NCBI RefSeq assembly: GCF_009914755.1
Contig: NC_060940.1
DNA: 64,000 nt
Direction: 5' to 3' (one strand)
Source: the human T2T-CHM13v2.0 reference genome, Homo sapiens
Made by a program: the position numbers and the translations under genes. Positions 59,466 to 64,000 of this stretch are shown here, in pieces. The notes beneath the pieces were generated by a model that saw only the letters and a program-made list of their open reading frames with translations, had not been told where the DNA came from and did not search any database. Positions within the stretch are counted from its first letter, which is position 1, and each line of letters starts with the position of its first letter.

Positions 59466-59522
<57 letters not shown>
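59466..59522. repeat. (CA)~28 microsatellite in the GGA2 3'UTR
   Basis: Uninterrupted dinucleotide run. Confidence 0.97.
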
Positions 59523-59525
<3 letters not shown>

Positions 59526-59677
59526 CATCTGCAGAATAAGTCAGAGGTTGACACCCAGAGCCTGACGTCAGGATAGGACTCTTGGCACTCCGCACTGAAA
59601 CACCGTGATTAGTCCTGACTAGACAGCAAAAGTAACGCCAGCCTAAGCTTGAAATGAAGGGTCCATCTTGTGAAAAG

Positions 59678-59788
59678 TTAGGCTGCGCCCAAGACAGCCA
59701 GGTCTGGGAAGTCTTTCACTTCTCCTACTTCGCTGAAAGGCTGTCCACCTTGGTTGAATGTCAGCTTGTACCGTAAGCGGATAGGTTC
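59678..59788 (-). CDS. GGA2: GGA2 last exon coding part (EPIRLRYKLTF...DLAVLGAA*)
   Basis: Acceptor tctgtcccag; GAE motif RLRYKL; TAA at 59680-59678. Confidence 0.95.
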   Translation of the reverse strand, partial: EPIRLRYKLTFNQGGQPFSEVGEVKDFPDLAVLGAA

Positions 59789-60164
59789 CTGGGACAGAAG
59801 AGACAGAAGATGTCAAATCAGTGGAGAGCAACCCAGGAACAGGGGTCAATGTTAAGTCAAGTGAGTGTTTCAAACAATTCTGACACAAAATACCTGGGAT
59901 ACTCTCTTTGGGACTACAAACAAGGGGAAACAGGCACATATCCTGGGAACCCTTCGATAATTCTGCAGTCCTGAAATCCTGAGATGGGCTGCAATTCAGA
60001 GACCAGCTAAGGAAGACAGACCTTGTCCTTTCAGAGGACTCCAGAGGATTAGGGAGAGTTCATGTGTCCCTCCCTTGGTCCCCAGCTATGACAATCCATC
60101 TGATCTTCCTTCAGTGAGCCCCAAAGACAGACTCCAGCGAGGGATATTCCACATATACCCCTAA

Positions 60165-60500
<336 letters not shown>

Positions 60501-60547
60501 TGATCCATCTGCCTCAGCCTCCCAAAGTGCTGGGATTACAGGCGTGA

Positions 60548-60685
<138 letters not shown>

Positions 60686-60973
60686 TGAGCAGCTAGGACT
60701 AAAGGTGCGTGCCCCCACAACCAGCTAATTTTTGTATTTTTAGTAGAGATGGGGTTTCACCATGTTGGCCAGGCTGGTCTCAAACTCCTGACCTCAGGTG
60801 GTCCACCTGCCTCAGCCTCCCAAAGTGCTGGGATTACAGGGGTGAACCACTGTGCCCAGCAAACCAGAGACTTTAGAGCAAGGCCTCAATGTGCCTCTCT
60901 CTACCCACAAAGTTACCTCCCCTTACAGTTCAGGGGCCCCCATCTCCCTGCTACCACAGACACTGGAACATAC

Positions 60974-61084
60974 TTTGTGTGGATTGTCAAGCAGCAGCAT
61001 CTGAGATATCACAGCTGGAGGCATCAAAGGACTGAATGCAGGAAGCTTGGAGCTGGATGCCGGCTGCAGCTTCACTCTCATTGA
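60974..61084 (-). CDS. GGA2: GGA2 penultimate exon (SMRVKLQPASSSKLPAF...LLDNPHK), 111 nt
   Basis: GAE motif VKLQP; acceptor ttcccctgatag; donor AAA|GTATG; phase 0 to 0. Confidence 0.94.
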
Positions 61085-62083
61085 CTATCAGGGGAAGAAA
61101 ACCAACATGTAACTCATTCCTAACCACAGCTTCTAGGATGGAGATCAGGTGAGGGGGAGCTGGACCTCCCCAACACCCCTCCAAGAGGAAATGGCCCTCT
61201 TAAACGTGGTACCCCGAGGCACCTATGGGAGCCCAAGCAGACAGACTCCCACTAATTGATAAAAGGATCTAAGAGGCCTTTCCTTCCACACACAGAATGG
61301 ATCGGGAGTTGTGTGGTCAATAACCGGCATCTGAGACGCAGCATCAACAGCCAGGGCACATCTTGGGTTGAATTCTAACTGCTTCTCACTAGCTCTGTGA
61401 CCTTGAGTAAAATATTTAATTTCTGAGCCTTGGGTTAACTTATAAAACAGAGGTAGTAGCAGAACATTGCCCATAGGACTACCGTAAGAAGTAGAGACTG
61501 CAGGTCATATTTTTGTCTGTCTCGAATCTTTTCCTTTCAGGACAGGCCCCTTCCCCTGTGACTGTGGGGTGCCTGTTAATCAGTAGGGCCCCACTTCCCT
61601 TGAAAAGGGATGGATGTTATCTCACATTGGCCAAGTGTCTCATATCCCAGGATACAAGTTCCTGGTCCAAGGTATGGAAGTAACACCAACAAGCCCAATC
61701 AGAGCCCTTTCCTGGGTAATCAATATATGTGCTTCATGCCCGGTGAGAGTTTCTGAGATAAAGAGGGTTAAGGACCATGCAACCCTGGAGCTGTGGGTAG
61801 CCACTTTCCTGTTTGTGGAGAAACTGTCAGAATGGTGCCAAAGAAAAGCAGAGTCAAGAGATACAGATTCTTAAGGCATTGTTTAAGAACCTATTTGGAT
61901 TCACTCATATCTGAAGTCAGATATTCAGGAATCCCCAGTCAGGTAAGCCATTACATTCCCACTTTATCTTCAGTTAGTTTGAGTGAAGATTCTTTCCTTG
62001 ACACTCGACAGGTAAGTCCCAGAAAAGAACCCGGCACTCAAAAACGACAGCCATTACTGAGAAATCCCCAACAGATGACTCAC

Positions 62084-62253
62084 CTTTGGCACAGCCACTT
62101 GAAACATGATATCCCAGACAGGCTGGGGAGCCGTGCTCATCATGGTCAAGAGCAGCACCTGTACCTCTGGGTGCCCAGGGGCTCCCGTCTGGGAGAAGTG
62201 GAGCAGAATTCTGAATCCATTCCGGTCATACACAATGAGAGGCGGCAGGCTGC
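62084..62253 (-). CDS. GGA2: GGA2 third-last coding exon (SSLPPLIVYDRNGFRILLHF...FQVAVPK; start of the GAE domain), 170 nt
   Basis: GAE hallmarks YDRNGFRILLHF and FQVAVPK; acceptor tttataccag; donor AAG|GTGAG. Confidence 0.95.
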
Positions 62254-62813
62254 CTGGTATAAAGGGCACAAGCAGAAGGTTTAACACCACTACAAACCCC
62301 CCGGACAGCCAGGCTGGAAAGAGATGTACATGTTATCCCCAGATGCTGTTGCTTCTCCATGCAGAACATGTCCAGGACTGAATTCCTCTGCACTACCATA
62401 ATCCAAGTCCTCATGACTCTAGCTGGACTCCTATGACCCTCCAAACTGACCTTTCCCCACCATCCAACCATCATACACACACCACCAGTTATTAAAAATC
62501 ACATTTTTGAGGAAGATACGATCATTATTAAAATAATGCATGAACACTATAGAAAATAGAGAATTATCAGCCAGGCGTGGGGGCTCACGCCTGTAATCCC
62601 AGCACTTTAGGAGGCCAAGGCGGGTGGATCACTTGAGGTTAAGAGTTCAAGACCAGCCTGGACAACATGGCAAAACCCCATCTCTACTAAAAATACAAAA
62701 ATTAGCTGGGCATGGTGGTACACACCTGTAATCCCAGCCATTTGAGAGGCTGAGGCACGAAAATCACTTGAACTCGGGAGGCGGAGGTTGCAATGAACTG
62801 CACTCCAGCCTAA

Positions 62814-63379
<566 letters not shown>

Positions 63380-64000
63380 TTAATAAGTTTAATAACATTC
63401 CAATGGAAATTCTAAAGAGACTTTTAATTTAGCTAAGGAGTGACTCTAATGTTTATTTGAGGGGGGAAAACTATGTAAGACTGACCAATAAATTTAAAAA
63501 GGGGGGCAGGGCTATAGCAAATACTCAGATAAAATTACAATTCAAGTAAAGTGACATAAACAAAACGTGTGGAACAGATCTAAATGAGACTGTAACATAA
63601 CATATCCTTCAAAAATCAGGGCTGGCTCAATGAATGGCACTCAGACTGGTTAATCAGCTAAAAAAAAAACCTTAATATCAAAATATACATTACTAAAATA
63701 TAGCTTAGAGCTGGGTATGGTGTCTCATGCCTGTAATCCCAGCTACTCAGGAGGCTGAAATGGGAAAACTGCTTGAGGTCAGGAGTTCAAAACCAGCCTG
63801 GGCAATACAGTGAGATCTGCCTCCCACCCTCAAAAAGACAATAAAAATTTGCTGGGTGTGGTGGTGCATGCCTGTCATTCTAGCTACCTGGGGGTCTGAG
63901 GCAGGAGGATTGCTTGAGCCCAAGAAGAATATGAGGCTGCAGTGAGCTATGACTGTGCCACCGCACTCCTGCCTAGGCGATGGAGCGAGGCCCCATCTCT

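Noticed and set aside
61793-62284. 163-aa plus-strand ORF
   Set aside because: Antisense to the GGA2 GAE exon; no independent support

Overview
Human (primate) genomic DNA, very Alu-rich (roughly half the window by eye). It holds the 5' part of COG7 on the minus strand: a CpG-island promoter near 45.1-45.3 kb and coding exons 1-11 running down to 2368. All splice sites are GT-AG, the phases chain correctly, and the exons give 1475 nt of CDS; the gene continues past the left edge. Upstream of COG7, also on the minus strand, is the 3' end of GGA2: the last three coding exons (GAE domain) and a ~4 kb 3'UTR with several AATAAA signals. This arrangement matches the known 16p12.2 locus from recall. 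Almost all other ORFs in the track are Alu, L1 or low-complexity artefacts. I see no new multi-gene system. The items worth a second look are small: several L1-mobilised retrocopies of non-coding RNAs (28S rRNA 3' end with a hairpin insertion, SNORA75, a tRNA-Glu 5' fragment, a polyadenylated LTR-like tail, a possible mRNA 3' end); three short tandem duplications and one dispersed duplication; repeated Alu insertion at the same target site; possible alternative COG7 splice sites (a +50 aa in-frame acceptor and a 'poison' twin donor); and 3'UTR/regulatory motifs in GGA2. Repeat family names come from recalled consensus sequences, not a database search.
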